Shown in pieces: positions 6,807 to 15,721 of a stretch of 64,000 nt of DNA; within the stretch, counting starts at the first letter, position 1, and the number at the start of each line of letters is the position of its first letter. Made by a program: the position numbers and the translations under genes. A model generated the notes under the pieces. It was not told the DNA's origin, made no database searches, and saw nothing but the letters and a program-made list of their open reading frames with translations. This stretch comes from an uncultured archaeon (GTDB lineage: Archaea > Aenigmatarchaeota > Aenigmatarchaeia > GW2011-AR5), in assembly GCA_964599215.1 (NCBI GenBank), contig CAZRDV010000002.1:36119-100118 (forward strand). The letters are read 5' to 3'.

Positions 6807-8759
6807 TTAGACAGGAAGAACAACCATTATCAGCGGGCCAAACATTACCAGGGTCACTGTCAGGACTATAACAAAGGTTATAAACGATACAACAAGTGAG
6901 CTGGCAGTAAGGCTCTGCCTTCCTATTGGATCCTCACCGTTTTCAATACCATTTACAAAGGACGATAGTATAAGAGATGTCTCTACAAGGTATATCGCAA
7001 CCACAAGGACGAACTGGAAAGGCGTTATAGATGTTTCTTGCATGGACAGTATCGGCAGGGCAATAGTAGTGCCTTCTATCGTCTCTGAGAGTTGAGTGAG
7101 TATGGTAATAATTATTATAGCCAGTGTAACAACAACGCCGGATATAAGCGGCGACAGGAAGAACGACTGGAATCGCATAGAGGAGAGCGCATCGTTGAGC
7201 TCGTCCCTGACCTCTTCCTGTGTTCTATGAATGCCCTTGAGGTACTTGCTCACAGAGAGCATTGCTATTGATGCTGTTTTCATTCCCTTTATGCTTGATT
7301 CAGCTATTATCTTCATTACGGTCTTTACCATCTTTGACGGATAGAACCTTACTGCACCGTAGCCCTTGTCAAACAGGGCAGCTGTGAATGTCATGCCCAT
7401 TGTCCGCATGTTGCTCAGAGCTTTTTGAAACAGGTCCTTTATCCTCAGTGAACCCACCCGTCGTATTGATCTTTCCATGGAAAGTTCAATAGGAACTCCT
7501 GTATATACCTGGTTGCCTATCTGGTATATGGCCTCGGTAAATTCCTTTTCTATCTCTCTGGTGCTCTCTCTTATTTCTACTCTGTCTTTTGTAAGCAGGA
7601 AATAGTATAAGGCAATGCTGCATGCTATCCCGCCTGACAGCAGGATGGGCGATAACAGGCCGTTTTCCCCCTCTAGCATAAAGAGCAGGTAGGAAAAGAT
7701 AGCTGCAACAGTGAAGAAAAGCAATGCGAACGGCCAGGCCGGTACATACTTCTTGCCCAGGGCGAACCTTCCCTTGGGCGGTATATTCGGGCTTTCGCTT
7801 ATATCCACCTTGCTGAAGGTTGACGGTCTTTTCTCCAGTATATTCGATATTATGAAGAATAAGAATATCGGGAGCAGTATATCATAGCCTATGAAAAGGA
7901 ATATTCCCTTAACCCCGAGAAAGACTGCAACTATAGGGAACAAAACAAGGCCCAGCAGAGGCAATACTATTCCCATGGCATGGACTATCATTACAGGCGT
8001 CTTTAATTTCTGGTTAAAATGCTTTGCGTTTTCCCTGTTGCCCTCGAGTATTATATCGACAGCCTCATTTAACATCGCAATCCTTCTCTCGCCCTTCTGC
8101 CTTCTTGATTCTATAATAATTTCTATTGATTCTAGAAACTCCTTGTTCATGGACCATTTTTTCATGTAATCCATGAAGGCCTCTTCTATTGTTAAGTATG
8201 TGCCGGTTTCAAGGTCCCACACCAGTTTCCTGAGTTCATAAGCCAGCGGGCCTGTTAAGTTTTCAGAGGCAAACCTAACTGCCCTCTCAAGGTTTGGATA
8301 ATTTCTCATGTATATGGCTATGTAAAGTATCATTGTCACGATTTCGGAGCCAGCCTGCATCTCATACCTCTTCTTCATATGCAACGGATAGATGTATATG
8401 TAAAATACGAATGGAAGCCCCAGAATGAGTATTATCATGGCAGAGCCAAAGGACAGGCCAGGCAGGCCAGACAGGCTCATTGCCAGCAGAGCAAGGGTAG
8501 GAATGCATATTAGCAGGGCAATGAGTATTGTAAGGGAGGCAACGCCCTCAGGAGTGATTTTTAGATGGGAGAATTCTATTGCTTCTGTAAATTTCTTCCT
8601 GGATCTCTTGTCAGGCTTTATGGTGAATATTCTGGTTGCAAAAGAGCATGCCTTTTCATACAAGGTCCTTTGCAGGGTTGCAAACCTTTCTTCCTCCTTG
8701 TATATCTTATATGCCCTGGACTCAAAGGGCAGGTCTTTTAGCCTAAGGTTTTTTTTCAT
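6807..8759 (-). CDS. Polytopic membrane protein with two T2SS-F-like domains (ArlJ/FlaJ/TadC-like pilus platform, tentative)
   Basis: 650 aa. Two cytoplasmic helical modules (GSEIVTMILYIAIYMRNYPNLERAVRFASENLTGPLAYELRKL... and EFTEAIYQIGNQVYTGVPIELSMERSIRRV...) are each followed by TM clusters. Confidence 0.5.
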   Translation of the reverse strand: MKKNLRLKDLPFESRAYKIYKEEERFATLQRTLYEKACSFATRIFTIKPDKRSRKKFTEAIEFSHLKITPEGVASLTILIALLICIPTLALLAMSLSGLPGLSFGSAMIILILGLPFVFYIYIYPLHMKKRYEMQAGSEIVTMILYIAIYMRNYPNLERAVRFASENLTGPLAYELRKLVWDLETGTYLTIEEAFMDYMKKWSMNKEFLESIEIIIESRRQKGERRIAMLNEAVDIILEGNRENAKHFNQKLKTPVMIVHAMGIVLPLLGLVLFPIVAVFLGVKGIFLFIGYDILLPIFLFFIISNILEKRPSTFSKVDISESPNIPPKGRFALGKKYVPAWPFALLFFTVAAIFSYLLFMLEGENGLLSPILLSGGIACSIALYYFLLTKDRVEIRESTREIEKEFTEAIYQIGNQVYTGVPIELSMERSIRRVGSLRIKDLFQKALSNMRTMGMTFTAALFDKGYGAVRFYPSKMVKTVMKIIAESSIKGMKTASIAMLSVSKYLKGIHRTQEEVRDELNDALSSMRFQSFFLSPLISGVVVTLAIIIITILTQLSETIEGTTIALPILSMQETSITPFQFVLVVAIYLVETSLILSSFVNGIENGEDPIGRQSLTASSLVVSFITFVIVLTVTLVMFGPLIMVVLPV

Positions 8760-8836
8760 CAGCGCACCTGATTAATTATCTATTGTTTTCGGCCAATATA
8801 AATATCAATAAAAAGTTTTGTCCAAGAAATTGATAT

Positions 8837-9436
8837 ATGAGTCCTGTAATTGCCCAGGGAGCAGAGGCTGTGCTCTCTCGAGAGGATAATGAACTGAAAA
8901 AAGATAGGATAAAGAAGGGCTACAGAATCGAGGAGCTGGATAAAAAACTGAGGAAATCAAGAACAAGGTCAGAAGCCAAGCTGTTAAGAGAGGCAAGGCG
9001 GATAGGCGTGGAAGTACCGAATATCCGTGACGAATCAGATTTCTGCATAAAGATGGATTTTATCGATGGCAAGAAGGTAAAGGATGCTCTCTGTAAAGAG
9101 AATTACCGCGATATAGGCAGGAAGATTGCAAGTACAGTAGCTCTGCTGCATGAAAACGGTATTATCCACGGTGACCTCACAACATCGAACATGATACTGA
9201 AAGACAATGAACTGTACCTCATAGATTTCGGGCTCGGCTTCTACAGCAGCAGGATTGAGGACAGGGCTGTAGACATGTACCTCCTTCACCAGGCACTGGA
9301 ATCAACGCACTTTGACATCTTAAAAGAGGTATGGGAGATAATACTAAAGGTTTACGAGGAAAAGTGCAATGAAGCAAGGAAAGTTATTAAAACCTTAGGC
9401 GAGATAGAAAAGAGAGGCAGATACAGGAAAAGATAA
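8837..9436 (+). CDS. bud32: KEOPS kinase Bud32/PRPK
   Basis: IAQGAEAVL...RTRSEAKLLREARRIGV..., HENGIIHGDLTTSNMIL, LIDFGLG. Size is about 200 aa. Confidence 0.85.
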   Translation: MSPVIAQGAEAVLSREDNELKKDRIKKGYRIEELDKKLRKSRTRSEAKLLREARRIGVEVPNIRDESDFCIKMDFIDGKKVKDALCKENYRDIGRKIASTVALLHENGIIHGDLTTSNMILKDNELYLIDFGLGFYSSRIEDRAVDMYLLHQALESTHFDILKEVWEIILKVYEEKCNEARKVIKTLGEIEKRGRYRKR

Positions 9437-9457
9437 TAATCTGAAAAAGTGGTTTAT

Positions 9458-9892
9458 ATGGCAAGAATGCATTCAAGAAAACACGGCAAGCATGGTTCAA
9501 GAAAACCAAGGAAAGAAATAGACTGGCTGGCTTATGACAAGGATGAGATAGAGAATCTCATCAAGAAAATGGAGAAAGAGGGCAAGACAGCCAGCATGAT
9601 AGGCATCATATTAAGAGACCAGTACGGAATTCCAGATGTCCGTTCATTAGGCATGAGAATCTCAAAGCTCATTGAGAAGAAAGAGATGCCTGAGGACATG
9701 TACAACCTCATGACCAAGGCAGTTAACCTGCACAGGCATCTGCAGGAGAACAAGAAGGATGCAAAATCAAAGCACGGTTTAGAGCTGGTAGAGTCCAAGA
9801 TACGAAGGCTGGGCAAGTACTATTCCAGAAAAGGAAGAATCCCAAAAGACTGGAAATACAGCATAGACAAGGCCAAGCTGCTTGTTAAGTAA
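9458..9892 (+). CDS. rps15: Ribosomal protein S15 (uS15/S13e type)
   Basis: MARMHSRKHGKHGSRKP... is the typical archaeal N-terminus. ATG at 9458; the track start at 9449 is GTG. Confidence 0.9.
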   Translation: MARMHSRKHGKHGSRKPRKEIDWLAYDKDEIENLIKKMEKEGKTASMIGIILRDQYGIPDVRSLGMRISKLIEKKEMPEDMYNLMTKAVNLHRHLQENKKDAKSKHGLELVESKIRRLGKYYSRKGRIPKDWKYSIDKAKLLVK

Positions 9893-10117
9893 TTAATTCA
9901 GAGGGTATCTCTTTAGATTATCAATTCTGTCTTTTTTATCATGCCGCCTAATTTTTGATGCTGTCTTTTTGTAAATCTGATAAGACCCGTAAAAAACCAA
10001 ACCTGCACCTACAGCATAACCGAGTACTAAAAGGGCAGGCTTCCAATACTCAAGAGGCGGATCCCAATATATCATATTAAGAACTAAGCTGTAAAACCTT
10101 TTATTTCCACTTTTCAT
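9893..10117 (-). CDS. Small membrane protein, hypothetical
   Basis: 74 aa with one clear TM segment (PALLVLGYAVGAGLVFYGSY). No family recognised. Confidence 0.45.
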   Translation of the reverse strand: MKSGNKRFYSLVLNMIYWDPPLEYWKPALLVLGYAVGAGLVFYGSYQIYKKTASKIRRHDKKDRIDNLKRYPLN

Positions 10118-10169
10118 CTGCTCGCCTAAGCCTTAAAAAGAATTTTTTCTTATTAATCTAAGTGGTCAG

Positions 10170-11495
10170 ATGAACAGGCAGCAGATACTGGAATACTATT
10201 CAAGAGATGATATAATAAGTGCTATTATAAAAAACACAAAGGAGAGGGAGGTGGCAGGCGCCTTTGCTGATGGTTCGTATGACCAGAGGCCCAATATAAT
10301 CCAGTTCCCCAATGATATAGTCCAGATGGTCAGGAAGGGCGTCACCTCTTTCCACTACTCTGTTGAGCACTGGAGCAACCCTATGCAGCTGGCAAGGGAG
10401 AGATACGAAGAGCTGAGAACCGGGTTTGACTTTGTAATAGACATAGACAGCAAGCTCGGCATAGAAGAGGCCGGCATTGCGGCCGAGATGATATGCTCGT
10501 TGCTAAGAAACTACGGAATAAAGAATTACGGTATAAAGTTCTCAGGTCGCCGGGGCTTTCATATCTGCCTGCCCTGGGGATCTTTTCCGAAAGAGATAGA
10601 TTACAAGCCTCTGGCCAAGCTTTATCCAAAGGCACCCAGGATACTTGCAGGATTTATAAGGGAAAAGATATCGGAAAGCCTAATGAAAGAACTGATAAAG
10701 AGGAAGGGTGCAAAACAGCTTATTGATATACTGGAAGAGCCTCCTGAGAGCTTGGATCCTTTTTATTTCGTCGAGGTGGAGAAGGACTGGGGCAGCAGGC
10801 ACATGTTTCGCGCGCCCTATTCGCTCAATGAGAAGACCTGGCTTGCATCGCTACCGATAAATGAAAGCCAGCTGAAGAACTTTTCCACAGAGCTTGCAAG
10901 GCCAGAGAAAGTAAAAACAGGTGCAGAGTTTTTCAAGAGCAAGGAAAACGAAGCAGAAACCCTGCTTATAGAAGCGCTTGACTGGAACGCGCTGCAGGAA
11001 AAGGAGCTGCCTAAAAAAGAAAAGAAGAGGATAAACTGGGAAAAACGAGTGCCGGAAGAATTCTTCCCGCCCTGCATGAAGCTTATACTTGCAGGGCTGC
11101 CTGACGGCAGGAAAAGAAGCATCTTCACTATAACCAATTTCCTAAGGATGATGAACTGGTCATGGCCTGAGATAGAAGAGAAGGTCATGGAGTGCAACAA
11201 GAAGAACACGCAGGAGCTTCCTAGGAACATTGTTCTTGGCCAGCTGAGATGGAACCAGTCAAACCAGATGAATCCTGCAAATTGCGATACTGAGCTGTTC
11301 TATAAAGGCATTGGCATCTGCAAGCCAGATGAAACCTGCAAAGGAAGAAAAATGATAAAGAACCCGATAAACTATCCATTTAGGAAGATGAGGGTTAAAA
11401 AGAGATACCGCGGCTTTTCCTGCGGCATCTGCAACAAGGAATTCAAGAACATGCGTTCCCTCAATGCGCACAAATCAAGAACACATGGCCAGTAA
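10170..11495 (+). CDS. DNA primase, fused PriS catalytic domain + PriL-CTD-like domain + C-terminal C2H2 zinc finger
   Basis: AEP motifs FDFVIDIDS and KFSGRRGFHI. The downstream FFPPCMKLILAGLPDGRKRSIF... resembles the PPCM motif of the primase large-subunit Fe-S domain. The C-terminus FSCGICNKEFKNMRSLNAHKSRTH fits C-x2-C-x12-H-x4-H. Confidence 0.8.
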   Translation: MNRQQILEYYSRDDIISAIIKNTKEREVAGAFADGSYDQRPNIIQFPNDIVQMVRKGVTSFHYSVEHWSNPMQLARERYEELRTGFDFVIDIDSKLGIEEAGIAAEMICSLLRNYGIKNYGIKFSGRRGFHICLPWGSFPKEIDYKPLAKLYPKAPRILAGFIREKISESLMKELIKRKGAKQLIDILEEPPESLDPFYFVEVEKDWGSRHMFRAPYSLNEKTWLASLPINESQLKNFSTELARPEKVKTGAEFFKSKENEAETLLIEALDWNALQEKELPKKEKKRINWEKRVPEEFFPPCMKLILAGLPDGRKRSIFTITNFLRMMNWSWPEIEEKVMECNKKNTQELPRNIVLGQLRWNQSNQMNPANCDTELFYKGIGICKPDETCKGRKMIKNPINYPFRKMRVKKRYRGFSCGICNKEFKNMRSLNAHKSRTHGQ

Positions 11496-11522
11496 AGCTA
11501 AGTATTATTTGGGATATGGCGC

Positions 11523-12119
11523 TTAAAATTTAATTTTCAATCTAGAAAGTTCTTCTTTCAATTGAATAGGATTTTTGAAGTGAATACTCATTATTCCTAT
11601 TTTACGGGCTGATTCTACATTTTCTAACTTGTCATCAATAAATAGAACTTGCTGTGAATCTAGATTCAACTTTTTTAAGACTTTCTCAAAATAACTAATT
11701 TTTGGTTTTGAATCTTTGATTATACAAGAAGTCAGGATTTCATCGAAAACTTCATATAAATCAAATCTTTTAACTCTAAAATCATTCCATTCTTTTCCTT
11801 CATTATTTACTAAAACTAACTTATAATTTTGTTTTAATTTCTTCATTAATTCAAGTATTTCAGGAAAAATTGCCTTATTCAAACTTCTTATCAGTTGTTT
11901 AACACCCTCAATAGTTTTTTCATCATCATTAATCAGGTTTTTCAAGAAATCAGCTTCAGATATTTTTCCTTCTGTGATATCCTGTTCAAATTCTATATTT
12001 TTTTCTTCTAATTTTTCTTTTGAAATATTAAATTTCTCACTAATTTTTTCTCGAACAATTTTACTCCAACAATCAGTTAAATAGACTCCTCCTAAATCAA
12101 ATCCTATTACTTTTATCAT
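11523..12119 (-). CDS. HAD-superfamily hydrolase
   Basis: MIKVIGFDLGGVYL (motif I variant), LVNNEGK, LFIDDKLENV (motif IV). Visibly more AT-rich than its neighbours. Confidence 0.7.
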   Translation of the reverse strand: MIKVIGFDLGGVYLTDCWSKIVREKISEKFNISKEKLEEKNIEFEQDITEGKISEADFLKNLINDDEKTIEGVKQLIRSLNKAIFPEILELMKKLKQNYKLVLVNNEGKEWNDFRVKRFDLYEVFDEILTSCIIKDSKPKISYFEKVLKKLNLDSQQVLFIDDKLENVESARKIGIMSIHFKNPIQLKEELSRLKIKF

Positions 12120-12243
12120 GTGGATACAATATAGTAGTTTCTATAAAAATTTAACTCATTCTGCTGGCCGAAGCTCAATTACGCCTAACCATTGATTATG
12201 TATAATAAATTCACTTTTAATATTTTCAGTATACTCTATTTCT

Positions 12244-12738
12244 ATGCTTACGTTTGAAAAGATAAGGGAGCTGGAAAGAAAAGAGAGGGAAGAAAACAAA
12301 CTGCAGAAGCTTCCAGACGACTTTTTTACTGAGCTAGGCGATTACTTAAAAAAGAAAGAGACCATGGCTGACAAAAGGGAGGTTACAAATATAAAGAATG
12401 TGGTAGAAAGGTTATTTGAGCTCAGGGAAAACAAGATATTTGAATTCGTGCTCTACACTGCCAGGACAGGCATGCCTGTAGAGAACCTGACTACAAAGGA
12501 ACAGGAGTTCTTCAACAGGCTTCTGGAAGAATTAAAGAAATTCAGGCAGGTCCCTGTTAAAAAGCCAGCAGCAGAAAAAAAAGAACTTTACAGGGTCAAG
12601 GAGGGCATTCCTGCAGTACTGGGGCCTGACCTAAAAGAATATAAGCTATCCGAAAATGAAGTAATAGACGTAACAAAAATGCCCAAAGAGCTCAATGAGC
12701 TTTTGTTAAAAAAAGGCGTTATCGAGAAGGTTGATTGA
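12244..12738 (+). CDS. GINS subunit (Gins51/Gins15-like)
   Basis: N-terminal LTFEKIRELERKER...LQKLPDDFFTELGDYL and ...RLFELRENKI (A-domain pattern). C-terminal B-domain-like YRVKEGIPAVLGPDLKEYKLSENEVIDV...LLLKKGVIEKV. Lies near the primase gene, as in many archaea. Confidence 0.6.
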   Translation: MLTFEKIRELERKEREENKLQKLPDDFFTELGDYLKKKETMADKREVTNIKNVVERLFELRENKIFEFVLYTARTGMPVENLTTKEQEFFNRLLEELKKFRQVPVKKPAAEKKELYRVKEGIPAVLGPDLKEYKLSENEVIDVTKMPKELNELLLKKGVIEKVD

Positions 12739-12740
12739 TT

Positions 12741-13022
12741 ATGCTTATACCGAAAATCCAGAGGAGATACTGCCCATTCTGCCAGAAGCACACTGAACAC
12801 ACAATAGCAGAGGCAAAGAGGAAGCCAAGAAGAAAGGCCAGCAAGAGCCAGCGCCGCTTCCTAAGAAAACTAAAGGGTTATGGGTCCTTTCCAAAGGAAA
12901 ACCCGAAGGGAAGGGAGAAGCCGACAAGAAAGATGGATCTCAGGTACAAGTGCAAGGAGTGCAAAAAGAGCCATACACTTGGACGCGGCTTCAGGATAAA
13001 GAAATTTGAGGTCAAGAAGTAA
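12741..13022 (+). CDS. rpl44e: Ribosomal protein L44e (eL42)
   Basis: MLIPKIQRRYCPFCQKHTEHTI...YKCKECKKSH zinc-ribbon pattern. ATG at 12741; the track start at 12735 is TTG. Confidence 0.9.
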   Translation: MLIPKIQRRYCPFCQKHTEHTIAEAKRKPRRKASKSQRRFLRKLKGYGSFPKENPKGREKPTRKMDLRYKCKECKKSHTLGRGFRIKKFEVKK

Positions 13023-13032
13023 TGGTGCTTTA

Positions 13033-13728
13033 ATGCTCGACTTTCTGTTCAACCCGTTACTAGCAGTAAACCCTATACTAGTAGTGATGATATTCTCACT
13101 CCTGGTTATTTTCATAATCAATATCTTGCAGAAACTCCTGGTAAACCAGGAAGAAGCAAAGAGGATAAAGGAAGAGGTCAAAGAACTCGGCAACAGGATG
13201 AAGGAAGAGCAGAAGCAGGGAAATGCAACAAAAGCCACTGAACTGATGAAGGAGATGATGAGCAAGAACAGCAAGATGATGGGCATGACCATGAAGCCGA
13301 TGCTGGTTTCTTTTGTAGTGATAATACTTATTCTTCCATGGCTGTCAGGCAACTACGGAGATAAGATGATAAATCTCCAAGACAACAAAGGAAACATAAC
13401 CCTAGGAAATTCACTTTATACAGTAGAAAAGAGCTATGAAGACCTGTTAGTAATGAAAGGCGGCACAACTATTTTTAGCGCCATGACAACAGCAAGCGAG
13501 GACGACCGTAGATTAGAGATAGATGAAGCCTGGTATGTAATATCCTACGAAGAGGCAGGCGGCTTTATACTTACCCATCCAGAGCAGATGAAATTTGCAA
13601 GGGTTGTTGCATTCCTGCCTGTAACGCTTCCGTTCTTTGGCAATGATTTTGGGTGGCTTGGCTGGTACCTCATACTCTCGATACCAGTGGCTTTGATAAT
13701 AAGAAGAGCTCTAAAGATAAGCGTATGA
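13033..13728 (+). CDS. DUF106/EMC3-TMCO1-like membrane insertase (archaeal YidC/Oxa1-like), with an inserted soluble segment
   Basis: MLDFLFNPL...LQKLLVNQEEAKRIKEEVKELGNRMKEEQKQGN...MKEMMSKNSKMMGMTMKPM is the typical DUF106 coiled-coil plus TM layout. An extra block of about 80 aa precedes the last TM. Confidence 0.6.
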   Translation: MLDFLFNPLLAVNPILVVMIFSLLVIFIINILQKLLVNQEEAKRIKEEVKELGNRMKEEQKQGNATKATELMKEMMSKNSKMMGMTMKPMLVSFVVIILILPWLSGNYGDKMINLQDNKGNITLGNSLYTVEKSYEDLLVMKGGTTIFSAMTTASEDDRRLEIDEAWYVISYEEAGGFILTHPEQMKFARVVAFLPVTLPFFGNDFGWLGWYLILSIPVALIIRRALKISV

Positions 13729-14669
13729 ATGACGAATTTCTTTTGAAATCAGAGGAAATCCCTAATCCTGATTATGGCAAATACCCGGGTTCCAGAACAG
13801 TGGACGAGCTTCTGCATAACGGGTTTATAATCCTGGACAAGTGGGCAGGCCCTACTTCGCATTCTGTTGCTGCCTGCTTAAAAGAACTGCTATGCCTGGA
13901 TAAGGTCGGGCATTCCGGTACCCTGGACCCAAATGTCTCTGGTGTGCTGCCTGTAACACTTGAGAATGCCTGTAAAGTAATACCGGCACTCCAGAAACTG
14001 GAGAAAGAATACGTTGGTGTGATGCATCTACACAAGGACGTTAGTGACAAAGAACTGGAAAAGGCTATAAAGAAGTTCACAGGCAGTATTCTACAAAAAC
14101 CGCCAGTACGGTCAGCTGTTGCAAGGATAGAGAGAAAAAGAAGAGTATATTCCTTTGAAATAATAGATAAAAAAGAAAGGGATGTTGCTTTCCGTGTTAA
14201 TTGTGAGGCAGGAACATATATCAGAAAATTAGTCAGTGACGTTGGGAGTAAAATTGGCGGCGCGCACATGAGCGAGCTGAGAAGGACAAGAGTAGGTCGG
14301 TTTGACGAGTCAAAGGCAGTGAAGATCCAGGACCTTGCTGATTCATACCATTACTGGAAAGAGAATAAAGACGAGTCAATCAGAGAGTTCGTCCTGCCTG
14401 TAGAGGCGGCTATAGAACATCTCAAGAAAATAATAGTAAAGGATTCTTCTGTACGCTCTATAGCAAGCGGCTCGCCTCTGTACACAGGGGGCATCTCAAG
14501 AATCCAGAAGGGCATAGAAAAAAACGATATGGTTGCGCTGCTTTCGCTGAAAGGGGAATTAATAGCACTAGCCAGGGCCAACATGAAAAGCAGGGACATG
14601 CTGAAGAAAGGCCTTGCTGCCAAGACAGACAGGGTTATAATGAAAGACACGTATCCGAAGATGATTTAA
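13725..14669 (+). CDS. cbf5: H/ACA RNP pseudouridine synthase Cbf5 (TruB family) with PUA domain
   Basis: ILDKWAGPTSHSV...GHSGTLDPNVSGVLPV (catalytic Asp motif). ATG at 13725 overlaps the upstream stop (ATGA). Confidence 0.9.
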   Translation: MNDEFLLKSEEIPNPDYGKYPGSRTVDELLHNGFIILDKWAGPTSHSVAACLKELLCLDKVGHSGTLDPNVSGVLPVTLENACKVIPALQKLEKEYVGVMHLHKDVSDKELEKAIKKFTGSILQKPPVRSAVARIERKRRVYSFEIIDKKERDVAFRVNCEAGTYIRKLVSDVGSKIGGAHMSELRRTRVGRFDESKAVKIQDLADSYHYWKENKDESIREFVLPVEAAIEHLKKIIVKDSSVRSIASGSPLYTGGISRIQKGIEKNDMVALLSLKGELIALARANMKSRDMLKKGLAAKTDRVIMKDTYPKMI

Positions 14670-14691
14670 AAATTTGCATTCAATTCTTTTC

Positions 14692-14850
14692 ATGCTCTCA
14701 AAAGATTTGTTGGAAATACTGGCCTGCCCGAAATGCAAGGGCATTTTGCAGCATAAAAATAACAAGCTGGTATGCAACAGGTGCAGGCTGAGGTACAGGA
14801 TTATTGATGGCATCCCAAACATGCTCATAGAGGAGGCAGAAAAGTTCTAA
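14692..14850 (+). CDS. Trm112/UPF0434-like zinc-ribbon protein
   Basis: Not in the ORF track (52 aa): MLSKDLLEILACPKCKGILQHKNNKLVCNRCRLRYRIIDGIPNMLIEEAEKF. Confidence 0.75.
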   Translation: MLSKDLLEILACPKCKGILQHKNNKLVCNRCRLRYRIIDGIPNMLIEEAEKF

Positions 14851-14960
14851 TTCTCTAAGGTTTTAATATTTTTAAATAGGAGAGGAAGTTGATAAGAAGA
14901 TAATATCCTTGCATAGGAAATGAGATTAGAAAGAGAGAAACCTTAGGTTTCTGCTCTTCT

Positions 14961-15091
14961 GCCGAGATGGCGGAGTGGTCTAACGCGCATGCCTGGAACT
15001 CCCCTTTTTGCTGATGCAAAAAGTCGAGTGCCATATTAACGGATAGCATGTGAGCATTATGCTCTCGCAGGTTCGAATCCTGCTCTCGGCG
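14961..15091 (+). tRNA. tRNA-Ser(GGA), type II, with a 46-nt intron (14999-15044)
   Basis: Acceptor GCCGAGA/TCTCGGC, long variable arm GAGCA-TTA-TGCTC, T-arm GCAGG-TTCGAAT-CCTGC, anticodon stem CATGC/GCATG, loop CTGGAA|intron|A. Confidence 0.8.
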
Positions 15092-15143
15092 CTGCTAGAA
15101 TCTAATGCTTAAAAGTTTTACTATCAAATTAATTGTGATTCAT

Positions 15144-15659
15144 ATGGCACTAAGACCTGGGAGATGTTACACAAGGCCGCACAGGGCATATACACGTCAG
15201 TCCATAAAGGTGCCTAAGAAAGGCTACGTAAAGGGTGTGCCAAGAGCGAAGATAACTGAATACGAGCTCGGGAAAAAGGGAAAATACGATAAATCAGTAT
15301 TCCTGATATCCGGCAGTGACATCCAGATACGGCATAACGCCCTGGAATCAGCAAGGGTAATAGTTGTCCAGACAATTGAAAAGAACCTCAGCAGGGGTGG
15401 TTCGTACTTTTTCAAAATCAGGGTGTTCCCGCACCAGGTTATAAGGGAGAATCCATTGGCAACAGGCGCAGGAGCAGACAGGTTCCAGCAGGGTATGAGG
15501 ATGAGCTTTGGAAAGCCTATAGGAACAGCAGCCAAGGTGAAGAAAAACCAGAAGCTAATGGAAATACAAGTCAATAATGCAGACGTAGGTGCTGCAAAGA
15601 GTGCGCTCAACAAGGCACGCTACAAGCTTCCAGGCCAATGCAAGGTTGTTTTTGAATAA
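15144..15659 (+). CDS. rpl10e: Ribosomal protein L10e (uL16)
   Basis: MALRPGRCYTRPHRAYTRQS... ATG at 15144; the 13 codons added upstream by the track are not L10e-like. Confidence 0.9.
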   Translation: MALRPGRCYTRPHRAYTRQSIKVPKKGYVKGVPRAKITEYELGKKGKYDKSVFLISGSDIQIRHNALESARVIVVQTIEKNLSRGGSYFFKIRVFPHQVIRENPLATGAGADRFQQGMRMSFGKPIGTAAKVKKNQKLMEIQVNNADVGAAKSALNKARYKLPGQCKVVFE

Positions 15660-15662
15660 TCT

Positions 15663-15680
15663 TTAGGGCGTTCGCCCTAA
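15663..15680 (+). other. Perfect 7-bp hairpin just after the L10e stop
   Basis: TTAGGGC-GTTC-GCCCTAA. No T-tract follows, so a terminator role is uncertain. Confidence 0.3.
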
Positions 15681-15721
15681 GAAAACAAAATGTTTAATAA
15701 TTTGATATTGTTCTATTTGTT

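Noticed and set aside
15663-15680. The hairpin after L10e as an intrinsic terminator.
   Set aside because: Archaeal termination relies mainly on T-tracts, and none follows this hairpin. I kept it only as a low-confidence structural feature.
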